Counted from the stretch's first letter, positions 48,109-59,171 are shown. The stretch is 248,000 nt of DNA from Hyalangium minutum (GCF_000737315.1 NZ_JMCB01000001.1:20001-268000); one strand, 5' to 3'. Notes: generated by a model not told the origin, from the sequence alone. Made by a program: numbers and translations.

Positions 48109-49434
48109 ATGAACCGCCCTTCCGATGTCATCGTTCTAGGCGCGGGCGCCGCAGGCCTCGGGGCCGCGGAGCGGCTCGTGCGCGCCGGACTGCGCGTCAC
48201 GGTGCTCGAAGCACGCGACCGGGTGGGCGGCCGCGTCCACACGGTGCCGGATCCGTTCACTGGGACGCCGCTGGAGCTGGGCGCCGAGTTCGTCCACGGC
48301 ACGCCCCCCACCCTGCTGAAGCTCGCCAAGCGAGAGAAGCTCACCGTCAAGGCCTGCAATGACCGGCACGTGCGGTCCTGGAAGGGTCGGCTCCTGGATG
48401 CGGATAAGGCCTTCAACTTCGTCGAGGCGCTGGCCTCAGCGAAGCCTCCAGATCGGCCCGTGGGCGAGTTGCTGCGAGAGAGGGCTCGAGCCGAGCAGTG
48501 GCCAGCTCTCAAGCTCGCGATCGCCCGTGGCTATATCGAGGGCTTCTATGCCGCGTCCGCGGACACGGCCAGCACGCTCGCCATCGCGAAGATGGAGCAG
48601 GCGGCGGAGGAGCTGGGGGGGATTACTCCGTCACGTGTCATGCAGGGATATGGCCAGGTGCTGCGTCCGCTTGCAGAACGACTCGAGCGGCGCCCTGGCA
48701 CGCTCTTCCTCAACGCCGTGGCCGAGGAGATTCGCTGGTCGCGAGGCATGGTACGGGTAAGGGCCCGGACTCGCGAGGGAGCGCCTCTGGGCCTGTTCCA
48801 GGCTCCGCGCATCATCGTGACGCTGCCGGTGGGCGTGCTGCGCGTGCGTCCTCCCGAGCCCGGTGCCGTGCGCTTCATTCCGCGCCTCCCCGAGAAGGAG
48901 CGCGCGTGGACCCGCCTGGAGATGGGGCCCCTGGTGAAGGTGCTCCTGCGCTTCCGCTCGCCGTTCTGGAAGGACTCGAAGGACACGCGTCGCTTCGGCT
49001 TCTTCCATGCGCCGGAGTCCCCTTTCCCCACCTGGTGGACCTTGGAACCTCACCAGTCGCGGCACCTCGTCGGCTGGAGCGGGGGGCCTCCTGCCCTGAA
49101 ACTCTCGGAGCTGCCAGAAGCGACCGCGCTCGAGCAGGCGCTGGACACCCTCTCCCGCATCTTCCGTCTGCGGCTGCCGGTGCTCCGGACGGAGTTGGAG
49201 ACCTGGCGCGTCGTGAACTGGCAGCACGAGCCCTTCACCCGTGGCGGCTACTGCGTCATCCCCGTTGGAGCCGTCGAGGATCTGCAGAAACTGGCCGAGC
49301 CCGTGGCGGACACCCTCTTCTTCGCCGGTGAGGCCACGAATACCGAGGGCGAAGAGGGCACTGTGCATGGCGCGCTGGAGACGGGGCTTCGCGCTGCCCG
49401 AGAAGTCCTCCGCGCGAACCGCCGCACAGTGTGA
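48109..49434 (+). CDS. Flavin monoamine oxidase family protein
   Basis: GAGAAGL, LEARDRVGGR, FFAGEAT. Confidence 0.88.
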   Translation: MNRPSDVIVLGAGAAGLGAAERLVRAGLRVTVLEARDRVGGRVHTVPDPFTGTPLELGAEFVHGTPPTLLKLAKREKLTVKACNDRHVRSWKGRLLDADKAFNFVEALASAKPPDRPVGELLRERARAEQWPALKLAIARGYIEGFYAASADTASTLAIAKMEQAAEELGGITPSRVMQGYGQVLRPLAERLERRPGTLFLNAVAEEIRWSRGMVRVRARTREGAPLGLFQAPRIIVTLPVGVLRVRPPEPGAVRFIPRLPEKERAWTRLEMGPLVKVLLRFRSPFWKDSKDTRRFGFFHAPESPFPTWWTLEPHQSRHLVGWSGGPPALKLSELPEATALEQALDTLSRIFRLRLPVLRTELETWRVVNWQHEPFTRGGYCVIPVGAVEDLQKLAEPVADTLFFAGEATNTEGEEGTVHGALETGLRAAREVLRANRRTV

Positions 49435-49562
49435 AGCGCGTGGCACACCCCGAGGGCACTTCCCTGCACGTGTGCACGGGGGCCACGAGCGCGCGAGCAG
49501 AGGCACGACGCCTGCACCATCAGGTCTACCCCTGGGAGCCCCCACCCACCCTGGAACCTCAC

Positions 49563-50108
49563 ATGCTCCGCACTTCTTGCGCCCCCCTCTCCGCGCTGAT
49601 TCTGGTGCTGCTGTCCGCCCCCGCTGCCCAGGCCAGTGACTTCGGCCCCCAGGCCGGTGCCACCTATGTCAACCCTGGCCTTCTGCTGAGCGGCTCGTAC
49701 CGGCACTCGGGCAAGGGCGCCTTCGGACTCGGCGCCGAGCTCAGCCTCCACCACTTCACCAACAACGACTTCGGCGGATTCGGAGTCTTCGCCCAGTGGC
49801 AGGCCATGAACTTCCAGTACGACCGCTTCTGCGGCGGCCTGCAGGCGACCGATACCCTCGAGACGTTTCCCATCGGCATGGAGCTCGGCGTGGCATACGA
49901 GACCGAGGGCGGTGGCGAGGCCGCGACCACCAGCCTTCACTTCGCTCCGTTCGCCTCCGTGGGCGCCGCCACCGCCACCCTGCGCTTCGGCATCCCCATC
50001 GCGGGCGGCACCGAGGAGCTGCCCCGGCATGGCTTCGACGTGGGACTCACCCTCGCCATCAAGATTCCCCTACGGCTCGATGGCCCCAGCCCCTTCTCTG
50101 GCAGGTAG
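49563..50108 (+). CDS. Secreted beta-barrel-like hypothetical protein
   Basis: signal peptide, amphipathic strands. Confidence 0.5.
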   Translation: MLRTSCAPLSALILVLLSAPAAQASDFGPQAGATYVNPGLLLSGSYRHSGKGAFGLGAELSLHHFTNNDFGGFGVFAQWQAMNFQYDRFCGGLQATDTLETFPIGMELGVAYETEGGGEAATTSLHFAPFASVGAATATLRFGIPIAGGTEELPRHGFDVGLTLAIKIPLRLDGPSPFSGR

Positions 50109-50191
50109 GCCCATTTCCCACTCGCGGCGCAGGCGCTCTGACGCACTGACCCACCCACCTTTCAAGATATGAGAAAAAAATAGGGGGTATG

Positions 50192-50218
50192 GAAACGGCC
50201 TGGGGAAATCCCCGATAA
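50192..50218 (+). promoter_or_regulatory. Sigma28-like promoter outside the T3SS cluster
   Basis: GAAACGG-N13-CCGATAA, 38 bp before the ATG. Confidence 0.6.
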
Positions 50219-50256
50219 CCGGAGAGCCCCCCACTCTCCTCTGGGAGTCCCCCCGC

Positions 50257-53046
50257 ATGGCCACGGACGTAAGCACCTCAGGCAACTCGAACGCCGCCGC
50301 CGAAGCCGCTGCACGCCGTGCAGCAGAAGCCGCGGAGGCCGCACGACGTGCCGCCATCGAGGCCGCCCAACGCGCCGAGCAGGCCCGTCAGCAGGCAGAG
50401 CAGGCCGCCAAGGCCCAGGAGCAGGCCGCCAAGGCCGCCGAGGGCGCCGCCAAGGACGTGGGGCAGGCCCGCAAGGATCTGGTGCACGGCCAGCAGCAGT
50501 TGGAGAACGCGCCTCCGGCTCAGCGCGAGGCCGCCAAGAAGAACGTGGAGAAGCTCAGGGGCGAGGTCGACTCCACCCGCGAGAAACTGAAGACGGCCAA
50601 CCGCAGCCTGCTCGACGCTGACACCAAGCTCCAGAAGGCCCAGGAGAACGTCGCCCGCGAATCCAAGAACGCCGAAGAGGCGATGCTCAAGGCCAACGGC
50701 GCGGCGAAGAAGGACACCCTCAATTACGCGGTCAACGCGCTCAACCCCTTCAAGTCCGCCGATCCCTTCAGCAAGGAGCAGCTCGCCAAGGCTGGCCCCT
50801 CGGCCACGGAGATCAAGGATGCCTTCGACGGCGCCAATGGGGCCGAGCGCGACACGCTCTCCAAGAAGCTGGGCGTCGAGGCCTCGAATGATCCGAAGGA
50901 GATCCAGGCCAACCTGGATGCCAACCGCGACTTCGCGCAGCTGAAGCAGGATCCGGCCAAGGCCAAGACGCTCGAGCAGCTGAACATCCGCGACGGCAAG
51001 GATCTGCGCGGCTTTGGCAAGAAGCTGGCCGGGCAGGCCGCGGGCACCGCCCAGGGCAAGGACGCGCTGAACCTGAAGGGCGTACAGGACAAGGAGGCCC
51101 TGGCGTCCATCGTGCAGACGTCGGCCAACACGCTCGAGGGCACGGCGAAGGACACGCTCAAGAACGAGCTGTTCGCCCAGCAGGTGGCCAGCGGCCAGGA
51201 TCCGCAGAAGGCCGCGAACCTCAAGGGCACGGACCTCGCCGTCGCCGCGCACAACAACGAGCTGAAGGACGTCGTCAACAAGCCCGTCAAGGACTGGACC
51301 GAGGCGGACGCGAACCAGTACACGAAGGCGCTCGCCGATCAGGTGGAGAAGTACAAGAACGATCCCGAGGCCGTCGAGTCGCTGATGACGATGTCGGGCG
51401 AGCAGCTCCACCGCAGCGCCCAGCTCGTGGGCCAGGGCACCGAGCACAAGGGCAGCAAGGAGGAGATGGCCGGGCTGACGGCGAACCTCAGCCGCATCGG
51501 CAACGCCGCTCCCCCGCGCGCCGCCGCGCAGCTGGCCATGGGCATCGCCAACGAGATCCCCGAGGACAGCGAGCAGAACTACGTCGATGACGGGTTCAGC
51601 AAGTTCGTCGACGAGGGGGGCTCCTCACAGTTCCGCGACACCATCGCCGCCGCGCTCAAGCAGGGCGGCAAGGAGGACGCCGCCGAGGAGCTCATCGAGA
51701 AGGGCGGCGGCAGCGGCCTGGATGACCTCGCTGGCAACGTCTGGGACGGCATCAAGGACGCGGGCGAGTTCCTCGCCGACAAGGCGGGAGACGCCGCCAA
51801 GGGCGCCTACAACTTCGTCTCGGATCAGGTCGTCGGCAAGCTGGGCGACTCCATCCGCAACGCGGCCGCCAACGCGCTCAACATCGACGACCAGATCCAC
51901 AAGCTGAAATCCCCGGGCGACAGCTTCACGGTGAAGGCGGGCGTCGAGGGCACCCTCTTCGGCGCGGATCTGGGCGCCGGCGTGGAGATGAAGGTCTCCA
52001 AGACGGACACGGGCTACTCCATGGAGCTGCAGGGCAACGGCACCGCCGGCGTGGCCTCCAAGCTCAAGCTGCCGGGGCTGACGGACGCGGAGCTGTCGGC
52101 CACAGGCACGGCCTCGGCCACCGTGAAGTTCGAGTTCAAGAACGCCCAGGAGGTGGAGAAGGCCTCTGAGACCGTCGCGGGCGTGGCCATTGGCGCGGCC
52201 GCCACCGCCGGACCGCTGGCCCCCGTGGGCGCGGCGATGCTGGCCTCCGCGGGCAACGAGCTGGGCTTCATCGGCGACCACTACAAGTCCACCACCCTGA
52301 AGCTCGAGGGCAAGGGCGAGATCTCCGGCGAGGCTGGGGGCTCCCTGGGCCTGCCCGGCGCGAAGCTGGCGGGCTCGGTGTCCAACGCGACGGCCATCGA
52401 GATCCCCAAGTCGGGCCCGCCGAACCTCATCCTCACCCAGAAGGTGGGCGTGGAGGGCAAGCTGGACGTGGCCGACGGCGTGGGCCTGCCCAGCGGCGGC
52501 ACGCTCAGCCCGGGCAAGCTCGACGGCAAGGCAGAGATCTCCATGGAGACCAAGGTCCCGATCGATCTCAGCCCCAGCAAGCTCATCTCCGATCCGGTGG
52601 GCGCGCTGAAGCAGGCGGGCAAGACGGCCGTGGACAAGTCCACCACCAAGCTGTCCGCCAACGTGGAGCTCGCCGCGGGCGCCGAGATCGAGGGCGGCCC
52701 AGTGAAGCTCAACGGCCGCCAGGGCCTCCAGGTCCAGCTGTCCGCCGAGGCCAAGACCAAGGACATCGCCGGCTCGCTGGGCAAGGCCATCACCGGCGAC
52801 CTCGGCGGGGCGCTGCGCACGCTGGATCAGGGCACGAAGGTGAGCGCCAAAGTGAGCGCCTACACCGATGACAAGGTCGGCTTCGAGGAGGAGGGCGTGA
52901 GCGTCGGCGTTGCCTCCATCGACGTGACCGCCGAGGCCAAGACGCGCAGCTCCGAGGTCCTCACGGACTTCAAGGGCACGCCGTCGGAGTTGCTCAGCCG
53001 GTTCGGCAGCGTGGTGAACGGCGTGGGCTTCACCCAAACGGCCTGA
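50257..53046 (+). CDS. Large Ala-rich coiled-coil protein, candidate T3SS substrate
   Basis: no signal peptide, N-terminal coiled coil, hydrophobic segment VAGVAIGAAATAGPLAPVGAAMLASAG. Confidence 0.7.
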   Translation: MATDVSTSGNSNAAAEAAARRAAEAAEAARRAAIEAAQRAEQARQQAEQAAKAQEQAAKAAEGAAKDVGQARKDLVHGQQQLENAPPAQREAAKKNVEKLRGEVDSTREKLKTANRSLLDADTKLQKAQENVARESKNAEEAMLKANGAAKKDTLNYAVNALNPFKSADPFSKEQLAKAGPSATEIKDAFDGANGAERDTLSKKLGVEASNDPKEIQANLDANRDFAQLKQDPAKAKTLEQLNIRDGKDLRGFGKKLAGQAAGTAQGKDALNLKGVQDKEALASIVQTSANTLEGTAKDTLKNELFAQQVASGQDPQKAANLKGTDLAVAAHNNELKDVVNKPVKDWTEADANQYTKALADQVEKYKNDPEAVESLMTMSGEQLHRSAQLVGQGTEHKGSKEEMAGLTANLSRIGNAAPPRAAAQLAMGIANEIPEDSEQNYVDDGFSKFVDEGGSSQFRDTIAAALKQGGKEDAAEELIEKGGGSGLDDLAGNVWDGIKDAGEFLADKAGDAAKGAYNFVSDQVVGKLGDSIRNAAANALNIDDQIHKLKSPGDSFTVKAGVEGTLFGADLGAGVEMKVSKTDTGYSMELQGNGTAGVASKLKLPGLTDAELSATGTASATVKFEFKNAQEVEKASETVAGVAIGAAATAGPLAPVGAAMLASAGNELGFIGDHYKSTTLKLEGKGEISGEAGGSLGLPGAKLAGSVSNATAIEIPKSGPPNLILTQKVGVEGKLDVADGVGLPSGGTLSPGKLDGKAEISMETKVPIDLSPSKLISDPVGALKQAGKTAVDKSTTKLSANVELAAGAEIEGGPVKLNGRQGLQVQLSAEAKTKDIAGSLGKAITGDLGGALRTLDQGTKVSAKVSAYTDDKVGFEEEGVSVGVASIDVTAEAKTRSSEVLTDFKGTPSELLSRFGSVVNGVGFTQTA

Positions 53047-53136
53047 GCCTCCGCACTGCCAGGGAGCATGGGTGCGGGCGCTCGGCCGCCCGCCGTCCCC
53101 GTGTCACAGCGTCAGGACGTGAACAGCTTCTGACCG

Positions 53137-53976
53137 ATGACTCCCTGGCTCGCACTCTCTCTTGGCCTGTGGCTCGGGCAGACGCCCGAGATCACTCCTT
53201 CCCTGCCCCCTGATGCCGATACCCAGGATCCCGCGGCCCTCGAGTTCCGGGACGCCTGGGAGCGGGCGCTCCAGAACGCGGACGCCACCGCCGAAGGACA
53301 GGACTTCACGGACGGCGTCGTCCAGATGCCCGTCTTTGAAGTCGGAGGCTCCAACCCGGACTACCAGTCCGTTCCGGTGACAGGCGGCACGGCTTCGCAG
53401 CCCACGGCGGACACGGCGGCCACAGGCACCGGTGGTGCGGGCACTGCGGGGACTACAGACGAGGCCCAAGCCCAGGGCACAGCCGCAGCCTCTGGCACGG
53501 GAACCACCACTGGCGCCACTGGCAACCTGCAGCAACAGGTGAACGCCCTGCGCAGTGAGGTTCAGACGCTTCAGGCCCAGCTCGCCACTCAGCAGCAGCA
53601 GGATGCCGCCATGCGGGAGCGCGCCAACACGCTGGAGCAGGATCGCCAGATGCGGCTGGACGAGATCGATCGTGCCCGTCAGTGGCTGATCGCGGCTGAC
53701 CAGGCGCTCGTGGCGGGCGAGCTGGACATCGGAGACACGCTCCAGGAGGCGGACGCGGCGCTGGAGCAGGTGGCCCAGAGCGCCACGGATGCAGGGAGCG
53801 GACAGACCGTGGTCCTCGTCGAGGGCGCGCGGACCGACATTGCCCAGGCGCTCTCCTCCACGGGGAACCGGGACACGTACAAGGCCCGGTGGGATCTGTT
53901 CTTCGCCTACGAGCGCCTCCGCGAGGCCCGCCGACAGAACCTCGACGAGGCCAGCGCCACCACCGTCACCCGGTGA
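53137..53976 (+). CDS. Secreted hypothetical protein
   Basis: signal peptide, coiled coil. Confidence 0.6.
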   Translation: MTPWLALSLGLWLGQTPEITPSLPPDADTQDPAALEFRDAWERALQNADATAEGQDFTDGVVQMPVFEVGGSNPDYQSVPVTGGTASQPTADTAATGTGGAGTAGTTDEAQAQGTAAASGTGTTTGATGNLQQQVNALRSEVQTLQAQLATQQQQDAAMRERANTLEQDRQMRLDEIDRARQWLIAADQALVAGELDIGDTLQEADAALEQVAQSATDAGSGQTVVLVEGARTDIAQALSSTGNRDTYKARWDLFFAYERLREARRQNLDEASATTVTR

Positions 53977-54020
53977 AGGACGGCGCCGTCTTCACCGGGG
54001 AGCCTCAGGAAGGCTCGGGG

Positions 54021-55505
54021 TTACTCTTTGAGGATGACCAGGCCTCGGGACGTCTCGGCCGCGTAGATGTAACCGTCCCCAGTGACCGCCACATCACTGA
54101 GTCCCTCGAAGAAGGACACCCCGCGAGCCTTGTCCGTCTCGCGCCACGTGTTGAAGTAGCCCACCACGCGCGGCTCGTTGGGGTTGGAGACATCCAGCAC
54201 GCGCAGGCCGTCCTGGTAGTGCGCCACGTAGAGCTTCGTGCCCACCAGCGACACCGAGCGAATGGACACCTCCGGCCGGAGCGAGAACTCCGCCGCCTGG
54301 GTGACGATGACGTCCGGCGCGCTGACATCCAGCACCCGCAGGTGCGCGCCCCAGGCCTCCCCAGCCTCGAACGCAACGGTGCGGTTGTTGATGACGCCCA
54401 CCGCCGCCGTGCGGGTGGTCGCTTCCGGGTACGAGTACTTGCCCAGCAGCTTGGGCTGGCGCGGGTTGGTCACGTCCGACACCGCCAGTCCGTACGTCCA
54501 GTGGCTCACGTACAACCGGCCGCCGCTGGCCACGACGTCATAGGGCCGGTCCCCCACCGTCGGGTTCGTGTTCTCTACGTAGTACCGCTTGGCCAACGCC
54601 AGTTCCCGCGGGTTGGTGGCGTCGAAGATGAGAACCTCGGCGTTCGGGGAGGGCGAGGCTGCATAGAGCCAGTTCCCGTCCATCGTCACCGCGCGCACGT
54701 CCACGGCCTTGTCCGTGGGGAACGCCTTGACCGGCAACGGGGACCTCGGGTTCGACACGTCGTAGACCAGAACACCGCGCTTGGTGCTGGCGATGTACAT
54801 CGTCTGATCCTTCACCCAGACCTTGTGAAACGCATCCGCATCGGTCGCCGAGAGCACCAGCTTCCCCGCCAGGCTCGGCGCCGCGGGGTTCGTCACGTCG
54901 AAGATGTAGAGGCCCTTCTCGCTCGCGGCGATGTACGCGAAGCCCCCTGCCACGAAGATGTCCTGGGCCTTGGCGTCATCCGGCAGCGCCAGCTCCGAGA
55001 CGAACTCAATGTTGGAGCCCTCGGTCTCGCCTTCGCGGCGCACGACGCGCTTGGCCTGGAAGGTGCCCGCCAGATCCTGCGTGCCGTTGAAGCAGCGCCG
55101 GAACACGCCCTCCACCTGCGTGGGAGACGTCGAGCGGCACCCGGCGAAGCGAAACTCGAAGTTGCCGGTGCCATCGGTGGCAGCCACGTCACTGGACACG
55201 AGGAACAGCTCCGGCTCGATGCGCGTGCTGGAGATGGGCAGCCCGGAGATCGCGGGCTCGCCAACATACCGGAGGACCCCGGCCGACTTCTCCCCGTCGT
55301 CGAAGGTCAGGTCCATGTTCCAGATGCCCTCGGCCTTGATGGCTCCGAGGCCCGACTTGTCGCACGAGGACAGGTCCAGCTTCTCGTAGGCACAGTCATT
55401 CCGGGCAACTGGCGCGTTGGCTTTCCCACACCCCGCCGCGAGCAGCAGGGCACCCAGGGACACTGAAAAGAGGCGGATCATAGCCCCCTGCATACCGGGA
55501 GGCAC
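54021..55505 (-). CDS. LVIVD-repeat lipoprotein
   Basis: lipobox AAGC; GL.I.DV.NP..P repeats. Confidence 0.8.
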   Translation of the reverse strand: MPPGMQGAMIRLFSVSLGALLLAAGCGKANAPVARNDCAYEKLDLSSCDKSGLGAIKAEGIWNMDLTFDDGEKSAGVLRYVGEPAISGLPISSTRIEPELFLVSSDVAATDGTGNFEFRFAGCRSTSPTQVEGVFRRCFNGTQDLAGTFQAKRVVRREGETEGSNIEFVSELALPDDAKAQDIFVAGGFAYIAASEKGLYIFDVTNPAAPSLAGKLVLSATDADAFHKVWVKDQTMYIASTKRGVLVYDVSNPRSPLPVKAFPTDKAVDVRAVTMDGNWLYAASPSPNAEVLIFDATNPRELALAKRYYVENTNPTVGDRPYDVVASGGRLYVSHWTYGLAVSDVTNPRQPKLLGKYSYPEATTRTAAVGVINNRTVAFEAGEAWGAHLRVLDVSAPDVIVTQAAEFSLRPEVSIRSVSLVGTKLYVAHYQDGLRVLDVSNPNEPRVVGYFNTWRETDKARGVSFFEGLSDVAVTGDGYIYAAETSRGLVILKE

Positions 55506-55583
55506 GACGGGACGAAAGGGCTACCCGTTTGGAGACACCACGGAACAAGGAAGTACAGAGCTGAGCAAAAGCTCACGTTAGAC

Positions 55584-58500
55584 TTGTGCCTTGCACTCCC
55601 CAGAGGGAGCTTCCATCCCTACGTACGCTCTGTCGCTCGACCCCCAACAGGCCCTGAGGTCGTACCTGTGAACCGACGCTCCACTGCTGCCGCCCTGCTG
55701 CTGACGCTGTTGCCCGGCATGGCGCTCGCCCAGGTCTTCGTCTATCCCCGCCGCGCTGACCGGAGCCAGGTCACCACCTTCGACTTCGAGTGGCGGCACG
55801 TCGATATCCTCGTGGGTCCCGCCGCCAAGGGCGAGGCCGCACCGCCCGAGAAGGCCGACCCGCTGCCCCCGGGCGTTCCCGGAGGCGCGATCCCAGCGGC
55901 GCCCACGATGCCACCGGAGGTCAGCTCTTCCTCCCGCCCGATCGCCGAGCCGCCCCAGGAGACGGAGCAAGTCACCACCACTCCGCCCACGAGCAACGAG
56001 CCACTGGCCCTGGCGGGAGGCCTGGACGGTGGTGTCCCGATGGATGGCGGCGTGGCGTCGGTCGAGCCGACCCAGCCCGCGAACGCGGCGATGTGGGCCG
56101 GCGGCGGCGCGGACGGCGGCACCCCGGCGGACGGCGGCGTGAAGTACGCCAAGTCGCTGGGAGAGAGCACGGGCGGCGTGCGCTTCTACTTCTACGAGCG
56201 CGAGCGCCAGGTGGCCGAGCGCGCCGCGCCGCTCATCGAGGACTCGTACCGGTACCTGGTGGAGCAGTTCAAGTACGTGCCCACCGAGACGTTCCCCTAC
56301 ATCCTCTACAACAGCTACCAGGAGTTCCTGCAGACCAACGTCTTCGCCGTGTCGGAGGGCACGCTCGGCGTCACCAGCACCGAGGACCTGAAGCTCTCGC
56401 TGCCGTACCTGGGAGACCACCGGCTCTTCCACGAGATCAGCACCCACGAGCTGGCGCACCAGTTCACCATCCAGAAGGTGCGCACCATCGCCAACACGAA
56501 GAAGACCTTTGGCGATCCGCTCCAGAACATCCCGCTGTGGTTCATCGAAGGCCTGGCCGAGTTCTACGCGAAGAACGGCCTGGATCCCGAGGCGGAGATG
56601 CTGGTGCGGGACTTGATGGCGAACCCGGACGTGATGAAGGGCTATGCCTTCCTCGACTTCTTCTCGCCTGGGCCGTACGGGTACCTGTGGATCTACAAGG
56701 CGGGCCAGGCGCGCGTGACGTTCCTGGAGGAGGAGTACGGCAAGGGCTTCATCCAGCGGGTGCTGGACGAGTCACCCAAGCTCATCTCCGGCGGGAAGGA
56801 CTCGGGCTCGGTGAAGTTCGAGGAGCTGCTGCAGCGGCTCACGGGCGACGAGCCCAAGAAGATCTCCGCCCGCTTCGAGAACTGGATGAAGCGGCGCGCC
56901 TTCAAGGGCTACCTCAGCTCCGAGCAGGCGGCGCCCGCGTTCGAGGAGATGGAGGATCGCTCCGGCATCACCACCGCGATGAACAGCTCGCCGGACGGCA
57001 AGGTGATCCTGTACCGGACCATCATCCCGGACACGGGCGAGAGCCGGCTGTACCTGGTAGACCCGAAGGCGCCCTCCAGCGCCATCAAGGTGGCCAATGA
57101 CGGAGTGCCGGGCGCCGAGTCCCTCCATCCCATCTTCGGGCGCAACTTCGCGCTGACGAAGGACAAGTTCGTCTTCACCGCGGAGTCCAACGGGCGCGAC
57201 GTCATCTACGTGCAGAACTACTCGTACACCTCCGAGCAGAAGACGAACGACGAGCTGGTGCGCCGCGGCGCCATGCGCACGGGATTCCAGCGACAGACGA
57301 GCGTCTCAGTGGATCTGGATGCGGGCAACCGCGTGGCGTACCGCGTGGGCCAGCACGGGCTGCTCGGAATTCCCGCCGTGGCCTTCTCGCCGGACGGACA
57401 GTGGCTGGCGTTCATCGGCATCAACGACGCGGGCATCCGGGACGTGTACGTGCTCGCGCTGAAGGATGGTGAGGACGCCAAGCCCCGGAAGCTCACGGAT
57501 GACCTGTACGCCGAGCGGCAGATCACCTGGGGCCCGAGCGGCATCATCTACACCTCGGACGCGACGTCGCACCGCTTCTACAACCTGTTCCGCATCAAGC
57601 CGGACGCGCCGGGACAGCCCGAGCGCCTCACCAGCCAGGCACAGGATCAGGCGGATCCGGTGGCCCTGGATGACGGCCGCATCTTCTTCGTGGAGTGGCA
57701 CCACAGCAGCTCGGATCTGCACGAGCTGAAGACGGACGGCTCCATCGTGCGGCGCACGGATGTCACCACCGGCGTCTTCGAGCCGGGCCCAGGTCCCGAG
57801 GGTGGCCTGTGGATGCTGTTCCACCAGTCCGGTGAGCGTCGGCCGTCGCTGCTGCGCGCGTCGAAGATGCTGAGCCTGGCCACGGAGGCGGCACCTCCGG
57901 CCGAGCCGCCCACGCCGCTGGCCTTCATGCCGCTGACGGGGGCCGAGAACTACCGGCCCTTCGCCCGGCAGAACATCGAGGTGGGGCCCATCTTCGGCTT
58001 CGCTGGCGCAGGCAGTGGAGGCTTCTACGGCCAGGTGTTTGCCATGGCGAGCGACCGGATGAAGAACCACGCCATGCTGCTCAACATGGCCATCTACGGC
58101 TCGTTCAAGCTGACCGATGGCGTGCTGCTCTATGTGAACCAGGAGAAGCGCACGGTGTGGGGCGTGGGCCTCTTCCAGTCGCTGCGTTTCCGGTTGGATG
58201 AGAGCTTTGGATCGCTGGGCACCACGTTCTTCTCGGGCGAGCGGTACTACGGCGCCATCGGCAGCGTGCGCTACCCACTCAGCACCTTCCTCTACTTGCA
58301 AGGCGAGCTGACCGCGGGCGGCACCTCGTACTTCATCGACTCGTATACGGCCTTCCGCCTGGAGAACCCGACGTTCAATAACTCGGGCCAGAACCTGTAC
58401 CGGCCCTGGCTGGATGCCAACGACAAGTCGCGCTTCCAGACGGAGCTGACGGGACAGATTGGCTACAACACCATCCGCTACCACTATGCGACGGGACCGC

Positions 58501-59129
58501 TGTCCGGGAGCTCGGCGCTGTTGGAGGCGGCCGTGGGCGCACAGCCGTTCAACAGCGAGGCCTACAGCAACATCCGGTTGGATCTGGAGCGCTATTTCCC
58601 CATCTACGGGCGTAGCAACATCTTCATCCGCGCCGCGGGCGGAAGCACGTTCGGTGGCAAGTATGCGCGCTCGTACTTCCTGTCGAGCTTCGACACGCTG
58701 CGCGGCGTGAACTTCGGAGACGAGGAGTGGCTGCTGGGCCGCAACTTCGCCTACTCCACGCTGGAATTGCAGGTGCCGCTCAACGACATCATCCGGGTCG
58801 CCTTCTTGAGCGACTTGGAGGCCATCGCTGGCGTGGACGTCGGCGGCGTGGGCAACACGACACGGCGGCTGTGGGATCGGCGCACGCTGGACTTCGCGGT
58901 GGGCTTCAACCTCTCACTCGGGCCTCTGCTGATGCGCCTGCACTTCGCGCGGCCGGTGGACATCGGCGCGCCGGTTGGCAAGCCGGATGACGGATGGGTG
59001 ACGAACTTCTCGATCGGCATCGCTGGCCTCAACGGCTTCTTCGATCGGAAGGGAGAAGGCGACGTCCGGCCTTCACCCGGCCTCCCACCCGGAGCGGGCA
59101 TCGGCCGCATCGGCATGCCTATGCAGTAG
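55584..59129 (+). CDS. Peptidase MA-like / PD40 propeller / Omp85-like barrel fusion protein
   Basis: HELAHQF...WF.EGLAE zinc motif, TolB-like repeats, C-terminal barrel. Confidence 0.7.
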   Translation: MCLALPRGSFHPYVRSVARPPTGPEVVPVNRRSTAAALLLTLLPGMALAQVFVYPRRADRSQVTTFDFEWRHVDILVGPAAKGEAAPPEKADPLPPGVPGGAIPAAPTMPPEVSSSSRPIAEPPQETEQVTTTPPTSNEPLALAGGLDGGVPMDGGVASVEPTQPANAAMWAGGGADGGTPADGGVKYAKSLGESTGGVRFYFYERERQVAERAAPLIEDSYRYLVEQFKYVPTETFPYILYNSYQEFLQTNVFAVSEGTLGVTSTEDLKLSLPYLGDHRLFHEISTHELAHQFTIQKVRTIANTKKTFGDPLQNIPLWFIEGLAEFYAKNGLDPEAEMLVRDLMANPDVMKGYAFLDFFSPGPYGYLWIYKAGQARVTFLEEEYGKGFIQRVLDESPKLISGGKDSGSVKFEELLQRLTGDEPKKISARFENWMKRRAFKGYLSSEQAAPAFEEMEDRSGITTAMNSSPDGKVILYRTIIPDTGESRLYLVDPKAPSSAIKVANDGVPGAESLHPIFGRNFALTKDKFVFTAESNGRDVIYVQNYSYTSEQKTNDELVRRGAMRTGFQRQTSVSVDLDAGNRVAYRVGQHGLLGIPAVAFSPDGQWLAFIGINDAGIRDVYVLALKDGEDAKPRKLTDDLYAERQITWGPSGIIYTSDATSHRFYNLFRIKPDAPGQPERLTSQAQDQADPVALDDGRIFFVEWHHSSSDLHELKTDGSIVRRTDVTTGVFEPGPGPEGGLWMLFHQSGERRPSLLRASKMLSLATEAAPPAEPPTPLAFMPLTGAENYRPFARQNIEVGPIFGFAGAGSGGFYGQVFAMASDRMKNHAMLLNMAIYGSFKLTDGVLLYVNQEKRTVWGVGLFQSLRFRLDESFGSLGTTFFSGERYYGAIGSVRYPLSTFLYLQGELTAGGTSYFIDSYTAFRLENPTFNNSGQNLYRPWLDANDKSRFQTELTGQIGYNTIRYHYATGPLSGSSALLEAAVGAQPFNSEAYSNIRLDLERYFPIYGRSNIFIRAAGGSTFGGKYARSYFLSSFDTLRGVNFGDEEWLLGRNFAYSTLELQVPLNDIIRVAFLSDLEAIAGVDVGGVGNTTRRLWDRRTLDFAVGFNLSLGPLLMRLHFARPVDIGAPVGKPDDGWVTNFSIGIAGLNGFFDRKGEGDVRPSPGLPPGAGIGRIGMPMQ

Positions 59130-59171
59130 CGGCGCGTGCGCTCCGTGGCGGTGGCGTCCTGAGCCCACCGC

